In this document: piece by piece, positions 52,400-64,000 of the stretch
How the letters are laid out: each line of letters begins with the position of its first letter
How positions within the stretch are numbered: the stretch's first letter is position 1
Assembly (NCBI GenBank): GCA_002633005.1
Contig: NMRA01000283.1
Span: forward strand, 186,001 to 250,000
Source of the DNA: Phoronis australis
Lineage: Eukaryota; Animalia; Phoronida
DNA: 64,000 bases
Direction of reading: 5' to 3'
The notes under the pieces: model-generated
The model's input: the letters and a program-made list of their open reading frames with translations, nothing else
What the model was told of the DNA's origin: nothing
The model's database searches: none
Position numbers and translations under genes: made by a program

Positions 52400-53154
52400 T
52401 AACTACAGACAAATTAGTTCCCAAGTACAGGCACTCCGCACCAGAATCTCACCGTGGGTTCGACGAATCTCCATTAATTGCCAACCAGTCCCGCCCAGCA
52501 CGTAGGAACTGCGGACTTTAATTGGTTCACTAGACCCCGATGTCTTTGTAATTAAGCCATTGATGCTATTTTGAGTAACTGGCCCCCACCGGGACCGCGC
52601 TACTGACTTCGAAGACGCCAAGCTATTGGGTCACTGACACTTCACATGCCAAGCAGTTGTAAGTCGGTTCTAATATGACTCGCTGTATTTAAACTATGTT
52701 GCCACTGACAGCTATACATTTGAAACTCCGCGATTTGAAATGTTCGAGTTATCCGTCACCATGTGGTAAATTTTCTTGTTGCAAAGCTCTGTACTTCTTT
52801 TCTCTAGAACCCTATGTCGGTAGTTGTGAATAAGCCTTCGATGTTATTTTGAATAAGTTTGAGAGTCCCCCTACAGCGGGACCGCGCTTCTAACATCGAA
52901 GAGGCCACGCTATTGGGGCACTGTGACTCCGTCGGATATTCTATGCAAGTGTTCATGTAAGTGTCGAGATCTGTGTCGCTGCATTTAAATAAAACCTTAC
53001 ATCGGCTGTAATAGCGGTAATCATGAAATTCTGCTATTTGAAATCTGCACCCGTCACCGTGTGGTAAGGTTTCTTGTGGCACGTCGTGTGTCCCAAAGAT
53101 GACGTCATTTGGTTTGATTAGTACAAGCGCCTCCAAAGCTTTTTCCGGCGCCAT
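52400..53154 (-). pseudogene. Unidentified decayed coding sequence with an internal ~280-bp tandem duplication
   Basis: 52530-52803 aligns with 52804-53090. Shared peptide blocks C.KK.YH.VT, FQIAEF, CPNS and F(D/E)V.SAVP. A 116-aa ATG ORF spans 52804-53154. Confidence 0.45.
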
Positions 53155-55386
53155 ATGAGGTTTCTGATGGAGACGTCTGACAGTAATTAATTTTGGTAGT
53201 TAATGTCGAGAGAAAAGAAGAAATAATACGCTTTTGTTGACGAATATTACATATATTCAAGATCTCCAAACGTCATTTGGTTTATCTTATCTCCACTTTA
53301 ACCAATTTATTTTAATGGTAAATACGTCTGTACTGATTTCAGCGAATGTCCGATAGATAACAGCGAAAACTGGCCATTTCAGTGTAAATTAAAAAGAAAA
53401 TACATACAGCAGACTTTGTTGTTTTGAAGCTTTGGTCAAAACTTTTAGAAGTTTATCCCGTCTATCCAAAAAAATCACGTTTTTCCGCCATAAGACTGAT
53501 AATGCTCTTTTAATCCGAGAATGATCCGAGATTGGTGTGTGCAATCTTACTGACATGGGGCACTGAAACTATTCGTAAAGCAGGTCTTTTCCCTCAGTAT
53601 GATTATGGAACGCCCGCCCTGTTTTTGAAAAGCTGCACAAAAATTACGTACATGGAAGCAATAGTAATACAAGGTTTGAAACGTCATGACTCGCCAGGTA
53701 ATGCATATTAAGATGTAAAAATGCACTAGGCAAAGGTGCGCTAAGCTTCGATACTCGTCTTTCTTTGTGCCACCCTTCCCGTCATTTTTATTTTTGAGGC
53801 CTTCCCCCCACCATCAGTTCAGCAACTCTGTCGTAGTGCCACCTGCGACGGATCCCCCAAAACCTACGAGTTCACCACTGTGTATTGCTTCTCGGTGGGG
53901 TAAAGACGTGCTTTCAAATGTGGAAACAAAAATAAACTAGTCGCGCTTGCCAGTGCGTCGGAACTGGTAATATCGCATCCTACAAGCGGATGCTTGCTCA
54001 GGAAATGTTTATGCTGAGACCTTGTTCAGTAACAGATTTTTATTCTGTGCCAAAGCAAAACGTCCGCCTTTCGTAGCAGTTTTGAGAACTAAGTCCAGGT
54101 TTTGTTTACTCGGTTGCTGACTGGCATGGGTGTGTTTCATGAAACCGTGCAAATGGCATGCTTTTCCATGTAGGACACTATGCAGATTGATTCCTTACAT
54201 CATAGAGCAAGCCCAAAATTATGATTGGCTAAAAATAACCGAAAGACTTCGGCAGGCGATCGTTTATGATATCTGACTCAAAAACGGTGTGAAAGAATAT
54301 TTGGCGAATAAGACAAATCTCGAGATTCAACTCAGTATGAGTAATGTGGATCTTCCCATACATGTGCGAAATACGGGACAATCCGTTTGATAATATGTAA
54401 CAAACCCTAACATATGCACTAGCAGCCATCTCTGAATCACCAACATGACTTCAAACGTTGCGTTGACAAATCATCGAGAGCAGCAGTTAAAATTTCCAGT
54501 GCACCTGGGTACAAGGCGTGACGGCTTACAAGAGCCTGCAGTTCCAAACTTGCCCGGTAGCTGATATTTCATTCCACCCCGAGTGAAGTGTTGCACGATC
54601 AAATCGTCTACTCTTGCCAAGCGGTCGTCGCGGCACAGCAAGGTGTTAGTTCCACAATTCTATTAATTCAAACAATGTTTCAGAGGTAACGGGATCTTTT
54701 TGTTGGGGAAATCTGTTATGCTAAAGGACAATATTTGGTCGATGTTTGACAACATGCTGATTATGAATGGTGACGCCATTTGCTGTCGCCAACTGAGAAA
54801 GAAAGAGGGATTTTCGAGCACTGGCAATTTTGCACCACCCCTCCCCTTCTCTCACCCGAAATTGGTTAGAGTTGAGTAAAAAAATGAATCCCAGGTCTTT
54901 TTGGCTCACCACATAATTGTTTTGTTGAAAGGCGGCAACTAAAAATGCCGCACCACCGACACGATTATCAAAAAGTGGAGGTCCGAATCAGCAGCGGTTT
55001 TTGGCCTAGACTATTGCCTAGCGTCTAGACTGTTCCGTTCTATTGAAAATGAAGTCGAGTGATTTATCAACGCAGGCTGTTCCACATCTGCAAGGGCACT
55101 TCTGTTGATGACCGCTTTGTACGGTGACGGTAGATACTAGTGACGTAGTTACCTGTTTCAAACCTTGTCCTACAAACTATGTATTAGGCTTTGCAGTATA
55201 CTGTTTATAGACAGAGAGCGTGTAATACTTAGAATACGTCATTATGTACAGAGTAACAACGGCGTTTTATGTTACAACTCTTTAAATGCGGATGTAATGA
55301 CACTTTTCTTCCCTGGGATAGCATTACACTCTTCCACAGTCCTACTAAAGCTGCACCAATGTTGAATGTTCTTTAACATGGCTTTT

Positions 55387-55717
55387 CATTGGTTAAAGTA
55401 TTGAAACTGACGTCATAACTTTAAGTCATTCCGATTGGTTGAAATCTTGGAAACCCCTTTCAGTTTGCTTTTACGTAGTTACTGGCGACCACCTTTCATC
55501 TGAATAGTTGCAATTTACTAAAATGGACAGTGATCGAGTTAAACAAAATCAAGGGAACCCCGATCAAATGCCTCAAGCCCAAGCAAGTACAGTTCATAAA
55601 GGCGTGTGCAAGTGGTGTGCAAGGCATGCGCATTAATGCCCACACAGGGAATTCCGTGTGTCGCTCATCATGTTTCAACAAGGCAACTTCACAGTGTAGG
55701 TGGCGCTGTGTCAGAGG
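55387..55717 (+). mobile_element. RecQ-remnant repeat (AcademH-like), copy 2
   Basis: IELNKIKGTPIKCLKPKQVQFIKACASG, aligning with 42655-43007. Confidence 0.6.
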
Positions 55718-56952
55718 ATGGGATATCGAGTGGTGAACTATGGCATAATATATTACTTGGAGTAACGACACCTACCTGGCGAGTCAACTCACGTCACGCT
55801 TTCACATGAGGAAATCAATGCACTTAGGAGCTTGACTGTATCAAAGATAACAGTTTCCTATAGTGCAACTAAAATATCTTTTACTGTAAATTTGTCTTGC
55901 AGGAACCCGACTGCGTGCTCAAACCTGGAACGGATCCAGGATTGATCAGACTGCACCTGAGCAAGCGACATGATTTTATTTGCGTTTGATGCGGAAACTT
56001 TCGACGATTTTACTCACAGGCGGTGTGATCAAGTCAGATACAGGTCGCAATTAGCGTAAGCGTCCGTGGTCGGTAAAAACAAATCTAACAAATAAAAGAT
56101 TCTTTTAGAAAAATTGTCTTGAATCTGGATAGCTCGGGAACTCGGTTATCTAACGTTACGCGATTATTTTTGGAACTACCTTGCAAACGGTAAACATGGT
56201 AATATTAAGGCAGATCGACGGACTGGTGGCAAAAACACATTAAATAACGAACGTTTCAAAGACGGGGTGATTTTAAAATTGTCAAATGGCAGATTCCCTT
56301 CTATAGGCTTACTCATTTTGCCAAGTGTCCATCGAACTCGTTACAAAGGAATAAGACAATCCATGTGTCATGGAGGATTCAAGTCGTAATGACGTACTGG
56401 ATTTGATAATCGCACTGTTGATTACCTGGCGGAGTTACGAAAGCAAGTGTTTTTCTGTTCCCGTTCCTTTTGCATACGTAAAATAGCAAACCCAATGCCA
56501 ATAAGTCTTGATAAGTCATGTTGCGTAAAATTCCCACAAGGCCATCACTTGAATGATAAATTTGAGATATCTCAAATTGTGGTGGTCTGTTGTAGGTATC
56601 GATAGCAGTCTCATATCAATGATCGCGTGCGAAATGCTATCCGCTGTTTTTGCTTCAACAGCATAATTCCAGCATTCGATTATTTTTGATGCGTGATTAT
56701 TCATACTGGTTGTATGATTAGTGATACAAGCACAAGATGGCTTGCTCGGGTTGCGTTCACAACGTGATGCATTTTTGGAAATTCAGCGTGAACGGTTGCA
56801 CCTAATTGAAACAATGCCTAATGTACCTCTTAGGGGAGGTACATATCCAGTGAAACAGTGGCATACAGAAGCCGCAACAACATTTCAATAAAAGAACTTA
56901 CCACGCATTACAACATTTGCATGATTAAAGGGGATTGGTGTAGCTATGTTAA

Positions 56953-58316
56953 GGATATCTCAAACCTTACTCACAAAATTAGCCATTTTTACGATATATT
57001 ACGTATGTCTAGCAAAATACCTTCTCTTCATTCTCTGGGAACTTCAAATACGAAATATATACCGGGTATCAAGAAAAAAGATTTAACAGAATCACCTTGA
57101 ACTGCACAATCGCGTGTAAATTTGTTCACTACTTATCCCAGGTTAAAGGGTACGGGGCTGTCACTCAAATCGAATCTGCTGCCAGGCACAGAGCGGCTCC
57201 TTATCCTCAGTCCTTTCCTTCGCCGAGTCGTCACAATAATGCGTCAACGAGTTAAACATATGACAGAAAGATGCCGGGGAAAACGAATATAAAACGTAGT
57301 TTTGATCCTGAGCGTCTCGCGAGTTGTGAAAAGAGATAAAACGTCACCCAAATTCCTTAATTCTGGTAATCTGACATTTCACTGTTTCGATCTCATGCTC
57401 ACGACGCCCTTGATCCAGCGACTCGATTTCTGTATCCACTCCGTACATGTACTTGGATTTCATATCAGTTTCCTAGCGCGTGGTGTGTCTAACAATGAGC
57501 CTTTGACCTAATTTAAAGTGGACTACAATGCATTAGCTTGTCCCGCTTAATATGTTGGCTGCACCAGTGACCTAGTCTAGCCGTGACGTAATTAGAATCG
57601 ACTTGGCTGATTAAATGTTCGTGTGATACCTAGTCAATTGCGCACTGATGACATTGCGCGTGAATGTTGAAATAATGAACGCGGCTAAGGGGTGTTTAGG
57701 TTATATTGACCGAAAAAAGTTTTCATCGAATAATTAACAAAGATCTTAAGACTTTCATCTCTCAAGATTTAATCGACTTTTTCTTGGCTTCGACAAATCG
57801 ATTTAATTTGAACTTAGCGAAACGAATCCTCGAAAACGACTCGGTGGAGTTCGCTAAAACTTTCCAAACTTGAAAATTGTTCATCAATCTCAAAAAACGC
57901 TGATAGGCTTTTCAATATAAAGGCCCAGTTTTTGCAAAATGTAACGAAGTCGAATACGACTGCCATTTTTTACAAAAAAGTACGTTTTGGGAGTTGATTT
58001 TCACAGAAACCAAATGATAAGACTAATCGAAAATTCCTAACATTGTTTTTGAGTAATTGGTGAAGTTTTCATTTAAAAAAGGTTTCATTAAAATCGACCA
58101 AGGGATCATTTTGGTATGAATGTACCTTTCTTAAAATGAAGTTTTGACTTAAAAATGTTCATGTAATACTGATAATAATGCTACATAAATATAAAACGTA
58201 TTTCTATTTTTCCTCATCTTTTTCTTTCAGAAAATATTAACCTTTACTAGTTGACAAAGCCTAGTTTTTTACATACGAGTTGGAATGTAGGCCACTAAGT
58301 ACGGTTTGAGATAACT
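56953..58316. mobile_element. Non-autonomous TTAA-targeting element (Kolobok-like), copy 2
   Basis: TTAA|GGATATCTCAAACC ... GGTTTGAGATAACT|TTAA: a 14-bp TIR (12/14) with purine-purine termini. Confidence 0.85.
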
Positions 58317-58372
58317 TTAAGAGGAGGTGAGATCGCAGAAACAATTTTGGAATTTCGCTTTAGGTGGAGTAA

Positions 58373-58608
58373 CCTTGCTCTTACATCCGTGCCTAAATTC
58401 AATTTGCGTTCACATGCGTCAGACGTATATTTGCACGTAGTAATTTTAAATTCACTTACACCACCTCTGGAGGTGGTGTGAGTATACACTTGAGCGTAGC
58501 TTTATGTTCCGGTGCATTTGCGCTTACATGGCAAAAACACGCCGTACGTAATTATGCATTCAGGTGTAAATATTCACTCGGGTGTAAACACCATCATGTA
58601 AACGGGGC
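58373..58608. mobile_element. Harbinger-type MITE with central palindrome
   Basis: Right end catgtaaacggggc. Central cttacaccacctc-tg-gaggtggtgtgag palindrome. Confidence 0.45.
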
Positions 58609-61174
58609 ACACCGTGTTTGAAAAGTCGCCTGATAGGTGTCGCCTAAGGGCTGAGCATATACTACAAACTGACACCAGCGGAGAACAAGGACGCAGTGCG
58701 ATTGTAACCGTGTTACAGTAACCCAATGGATTTTATCATGCAATTAGAAGCAAACCGCAATGACTGTGGTGAGGGGGCCAAACCTCGTTGACAGGGCCAA
58801 CTTTCGTTGATGAGGTTACACTACATAACATCTATGACTAATCACGAGCCAGAATAGATTGGAGTCGTCTGCTTCCTACGTAAGCACTAGTCTATTACAA
58901 CTTCGCGGCGAAGTTGATTGCTTGATTTTGGAAAGAAAAATACAAATTTCGCAATTTTTGGTTATCTTTTGTAATCTCATTTTTTCCGGTGGCCATACGA
59001 AGGCAAAATGCCATGGCTCCGTTGCATTTCTTTATCCATGAGAAACTGCATCATGTGTGCTTTCTGGAAGTTGTGCATTATTGTCAGGTGTCCCGAGATA
59101 AAGGGTAGCAAGGGTTTGTGATTTTCACCAGTTAAGCCACTCGATCTGTGTGCTTAGCCCGAAGCGAAGCTATTGACGACTACACGGTGGAATTCTTGTT
59201 TCCACAAAACGCAACCAGTTTTCCGGCGTCGCGGTCTTGTCTTTGACTTGGTTGTTCGAATCAACAATCTGTGTTTTCCTCAATAACATGTACGCGATAA
59301 ATAGTAAACATGGCCAAGGTTATAGCATCGCATTCAGTAGAACGTAAGCGAGAAGCAACGAACACGTGAGCTCGACTTGACAGTGTACGTAAATATCACA
59401 GTGGAGAAAACATACCCAGTATCCACCACAGACGATTGTACTAAGTGCCTTTGTAGGAATGCGGAGCTACGTGCGTCTCTTGGTAAAACATGTCAGCTCT
59501 CTTACGATTACGCGTTGATAGGACTGACTTATCCTCCACTTCTCTTACAAGTTACTGTTTGCTCACAATTCCTCTGTCAACAGTATGTAATTGAGCTTCA
59601 TTTAATAAACTGAGCCCTTCTATGAATAAGTATGCTGTGTCTCGGGTGTGACCGAAGTCTCGTCAGATCTCATCTAACAACCTCTTGTTTCTAGTAAATC
59701 TGAGCACCATGCGGATAATAGTAGGCCTACACTCCCAACCATCTCTTACGGACTTAAGTGGTTACGTGGTGATGTTATAGCAACATGCCAACCAGGGTAC
59801 CCAAGAAACAAACGATGTCAAAAACCTTTCAACACTTTGGTAAATATCCGGTCTACTAATACACCATTCACCAAGTAAAACTAGTGTCAAAAGGCTATAG
59901 CAATTTTGACGAGGTTGACCGACCCGTCCAACGTCGGAGAGTTTCAACCTAGTTGCAGGTGACAGTTCAATTGTTTTTCTGTTTAGTAACCAGCAGCCAC
60001 CATGTAAAGGGGAAATTGTGAGAGTAACTTTCGTAATTCCAAACTTTAAATAGTTAAAGAGAATGTTACCGCTGCGGTCGCAACCAAACGCTCCGCTGGC
60101 GGACTTAAATCCCACTCGAAGCGTACTCATAACTAGTAAAGTCACTAGCCTTGGTTTTGCAGAAAGTCTGACAGACAGCGGCGACTCTGACGGTCTGCAA
60201 TAACATCACAAACCACAACGGCCTTTGGTCTAAGCTACTAACAGGCTGTAAAATAGACAATGTCCTTTTAAAACCGTGTGCTTTCAGGCATAAAGACTTA
60301 AAAGATACACACTAGAGTATCCAGGATGCATTACTGAACGTATACACATGTTAATTGTATTTGTGTGTTCAATTTCTTGTAAGTAAGTGGCTGAAACAAA
60401 AGGTACAATGTTTTTAGTAGTTTAGTTGACGGTTTCTGAGGGATCTGCAACTGTATGACGTGAGCGGCTGACGGCGGGAGAGGGCAAAACTACACTGTAT
60501 GAGGCAATCAGAAGTTTGCACCTCCCCCGTTGCAATAGTTAGTTGCGGGCATAATAGGCCTGCAGCGCGAAGTTGTTGTATCCTGGAGAGAGTTGATAGG
60601 GCACAGCGTTTCCCCATGGCCGATGCCACTTCTTTCTCATGTTAGCGAATACAGTTGCGTTTTTTTGAGTCTACCTTCAATGAGTTATGACTCTTTTCAT
60701 TTCGGATGAAATCAGCAGGTGAGTCTTCAGACTGTTAGTACATGTATATCTAATTAAATAAAAACATTGCAAGCACTGGTCCAGAACAATGGGTATTGTT
60801 TATGAGGTCAGACGATGCCTCTGCCTAGATTCATATACGTAAATAACAAAGTGTCGTTTACTACCTTATATTGATTACGATAACAATTAGAGAAAAACGA
60901 TACGTTTGTTGTTCACAGTGCGGAGCATAGTAATGTATACATACGACAAGGGAATGGTCGACATGGTTGAAGAGAATGCTGCGTAACATCTGTTATTAAA
61001 CAAATGATGTGTTTTCTTCGATGACCATGTGTTCGTAGTTGCCAACAGTGATTCTCTTGTGCATGCAGCTTCTATCGTGGGCTAGCTTGCCAAACGCGAC
61101 TCTTTTCCGCAAGCGGTTCTTACATTGACTAGCTTGTGCACGCGGCTCCTAACATTGACTCGCTTGTCCACGCG

Positions 61175-61320
61175 CAGGGACGGATGCAGGATTTTGAGTT
61201 GGGGGGCAAGGCAAAGAATTAGCAGGATATTGCCCGTCAGACATTCGCCCCCCCCCCATACTGCTAAATGTAATCTGGAAGAATTTTAAGGGGGCCATGG
61301 CCGCCTTAAATCCGCCATTG
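61175..61320 (+). mobile_element. hAT-like MITE with 5-bp TSD inserted in the minisatellite
   Basis: cagggacggatgcagg...taaatccgccattg with flanks ACGCG/ACGGG. Shares ttagc(c)aggat.ttgcccgtcagac with 63544-63697. Confidence 0.75.
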
Positions 61321-61533
61321 ACGGGGGTCTTACGTGGACTAGCTTGTGCACGCGACTCCTAACATTGAGTTGCTTGTGCACGCGTGGCTGCTAAATGTGA
61401 CTCGCTTGTACTGCATTGATTCACTTGTGTACGCTGCTCTAACACTGACTAGCTTGTGCACGCGGCACCTAGCGTTGATTCGCTCGTGCACGCGGGTCTT
61501 ACATTGAATAGCTTGTGCACGCGGCTCCTAACA

Positions 61534-62100
61534 CTCGCTGGTTCCATGCGTGTTATCTACACGAGTAGATAACACGCGCAGGTATCATTCAGTAGCACGC
61601 GCTTTATCAGTGGTTGATGTAACCTCGGCAGTCATTGGTTAGCTTAACAACAAAAAAAGAAAATGGCGGACTAGCCTTGTCATACAAGTGGCGCGTAACA
61701 GCAACTATTTCGTTTCTGCAGTATTGTTTAATAGCCCCGCGCTTGAAGCACATACATGTACAATCACACATCTGGCCGATTTAACCGGTGTGTTATTCAT
61801 ATTGCGTGAATACAGGACAGCAACGTAAATAAAGGTCAGCGACAGTACAAAAATGCACTCCGAAAAGGCGCAACCACAATTTTCTGGGATTCACATTTCT
61901 TGAACATGAATTAAGCACCGGTTTGTCTGTACAACAAACCATAACACTTCCTCCATCAGACAGTCTGTTTGCGAAAAGCGCTAACTGTTGACAATGCGGC
62001 CAGCCAATCAGAAACGCCGGGGTAAAAAAATCCAGAAGGAAATTAAATGATAGCTGCGTGTGTTCTACCACCAATTAGCGACACGCAGGGAACCAGCGAG
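61534..62100. mobile_element. MITE with 20-bp TIR and 9-bp TSD (MULE-like)
   Basis: ctcgctggttccatgcgtgt / acacgcagggaaccagcgag (19/20), with TSD CTCCTAACA / CTCCTCACA. Confidence 0.85.
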
Positions 62101-62444
62101 CTCCTCACATCGAGTTGGTTGTGCACGCACGGCTCCTAACATTGATTTGCTTGTTCCAGCGACTACTCCACGTAGCTTTGACTACTAACTCCTAACATTA
62201 CCGAGCTGGCTTGTGCACGCTGCTTCTACGCTTGTGCTTCGCGGCTACAGCTGCTCGTTGCCTAGCTTCCGAACGCTGTAAAAATTAACGTAGGCGTCTC
62301 CATACTTTGAAATTCCACGTGAACACCCATTAATGTGTGCGCATCTGTTGTAGGAAGATAAATAGCCTGCTCTTATATCTCTGACATGTTTGCGCAGAAT
62401 AACTTATTAATTTCATCAAAAAACTGTATACATCTATTCTTGAT

Positions 62445-62929
62445 TACATCATTTTTGGCCGTTGTACGATTAGAAAAAGGACATTGCCGCACAAATAAAG
62501 ATGTTCATGCTAACTCAACGTTTTGTCTACTCATAAGACAACATCGGGATATGTACAGTAGGACAACAAGCGTCGATTACCATTCAAGTCACATTCATGT
62601 GGTGAAATGAGAGTGAGAGGTGCAGGGTCCTGAATGACCAATCACTCCTTGATGTACAGTACAGGAATTGCAGTACAGGAAATACTGTGGACCAACATGC
62701 TACTGATTTTCTCAATAACATGCAGAGCTCAGTGACCCTACAACTATGGTGATGACGTACTTACTATTCCCTGCATCTCTCACCCACATTTCACCATATG
62801 TATGTGACCTTAATGGTAATCGACACGTGTTGTCCTACTGTACATATCCTGATGATGTCTTATGAGTGGACGAAACGTTGAATTAACATGAACTTTTTTA
62901 TTTGTGCGGCGATTGTCCGTTTTCTAATC
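62445..62929. mobile_element. Penelope-like inverted pLTR pair with TSD
   Basis: ~160-bp inverted arms at 62468-62627 and 62769-62929, with the direct repeat ATCTATTCTTGAT at 62432-62444 and 62927-62939. Confidence 0.7.
62845..62885 (+). ncRNA. Minimal type-I hammerhead ribozyme motif
   Basis: CTGATGA-t-[GTCT tatgagt GGAC]-GAAAC-GTT, with palindromic AACGTT as stem III. The opposite arm has a perfect GTCT/AGAC stem II but a mutated core. Stem I is weak (2 bp). Confidence 0.6.
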
Positions 62930-63543
62930 TATTCTTGATGTCGCATTCAGGGGCCGCGTAGCAGCTTCACTGCCTTGTTCACAATAGTACTGTAAAACAT
63001 GTACCAGGTATTCTGAAAACTACGGGCCCCAGTATGAAACTGAATTTCATTCATCGCACCAGAATCATTTCAGATTACTATTTAGAAAAACTAATGGTCT
63101 CTGCATACAGCTGCATGTCTATGTGTACGGACCTGACTTACTCCAAAAGGCATGTTATATTCCACGTACACGTAAGACCAAGATTAACAACCTGGTAAAA
63201 GTAATATTCGTGTTATACTTTCAGTTGGACTATTTGCGATGCGTGACTAAAAAATTGAAAGTCTGCTAAATATAGAAACAGCCATTGTTATGTTTTGCCA
63301 TCATAACTTCACGGATAATGTCACAAACACTACGTTTCAGGCCTCGGGCAATCTGCACATCAAAACACTGACACTTGAACTCACGTTTTTATAGTATTAT
63401 CAACATACGGGCGTCACACGTTGGTTACCATTCAATCGTCATTTTGACCACTTAAATAATTTACAAGTGCTCTAGGCCTGGTGATTTGAAAACCTAGGTT
63501 TACACAGTTTGCTAAGCCCATACCAACCATACCACATATTATA

Positions 63544-63697
63544 CAGGGGCGGACCCAGGATTTTTATCTAGGGGGACAGGGCAGAGTATTAGCCAGGATT
63601 TTGCCCGTCAGACGGCACACCCCCGAACTGCCAAATAGAATCTGAGAGAGTTTTGGGGGGCCATGGTCCCCTTGGCCCCCCTCTAAATCCGCCAGTG
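63544..63697 (+). mobile_element. hAT-like MITE with perfect 5-bp TSD
   Basis: caggggcggacccagg...taaatccgccagtg flanked by TTATA/TTATA. Confidence 0.85.
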
Positions 63698-64000
63698 TTA
63701 TACAAGACAGACGACCTGTCCCGCAGGATAGGAATTTTCATCAAAGTAACTGTGTGTACTGACAGCATGTAACACTGCTCAACAGGGTCCACCGTTCAAT
63801 ACTAATAATGAATGCTAATCGACGTGCTACGAGTACACACGTACGTAGAGCATTCAAGCATCAAAAATGCATGATCTCGCTGCGAAACATTTCACGTTGT
63901 TCTTTTTACTTCTACTCAGTTAAGTGGTGTTAACTGGCAAAGTGGCTAAAGTTGAAAGCAAACAATCTGAAGTTTATTTGTACTAATTAAATCAGTTTTT

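Larger units (their letters stand above)
61080..62240. repeat. ~30-bp minisatellite (aacattgactagcttgtgcacgcggctcct) interrupted by two MITEs
   Basis: More than 10 degenerate units at 61080-61174, 61321-61533 and 62101-62240. Confidence 0.9.

Noticed and set aside
59762-60145. 127-aa minus-strand ORF as a GPCR 5' exon
   Set aside because: It lacks GN, LAxxD and TM3 motifs and has no suitable splice donor.
61080-62240. 30-bp repeats as a CRISPR array
   Set aside because: The units are head-to-tail and degenerate, with no unique spacers. There are no cas genes and the context is eukaryotic.
63325-63372. Minus-strand ttgatg...cctgaaacgta as a hammerhead
   Set aside because: The CUGANGA box is broken and the stems are unconvincing.

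Overview
This is AT-rich metazoan genomic DNA, not prokaryotic. The repeat repertoire and receptor type suggest a marine invertebrate deuterostome such as a hemichordate, echinoderm or amphioxus, but that is inference. Only one convincing host gene segment is present: the terminal coding exon (17948-18737, minus strand) of a rhodopsin-family neuropeptide GPCR most like QRFP/NPFF-type receptors, spliced inside the DRY motif. I could not find its 5' exon(s), so 18.7-64 kb may be one very large intron. The rest is a mosaic of mostly decayed transposons. Retroelements include CR1-like LINEs (one with a 14-bp TSD and poly-A), an RTEX-like LINE, candidate solo LTRs, tRNA-derived heads, and Penelope-like ends carrying hammerhead-ribozyme cores. 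DNA elements include a Tc1/mariner remnant, TTAA-flanked Kolobok-type elements, many THAP-domain remnants, hAT-like MITEs with 5-bp TSDs, a 9-bp-TSD MITE, EnSpm- and Harbinger-type MITEs, and RecQ-motif (AcademH-like) repeats. Three single-N gaps sit at foldbacks or at an apparent allelic duplication. There is no CRISPR array, rRNA or operon. All family assignments come from motifs recognised by eye, and no database search was run.
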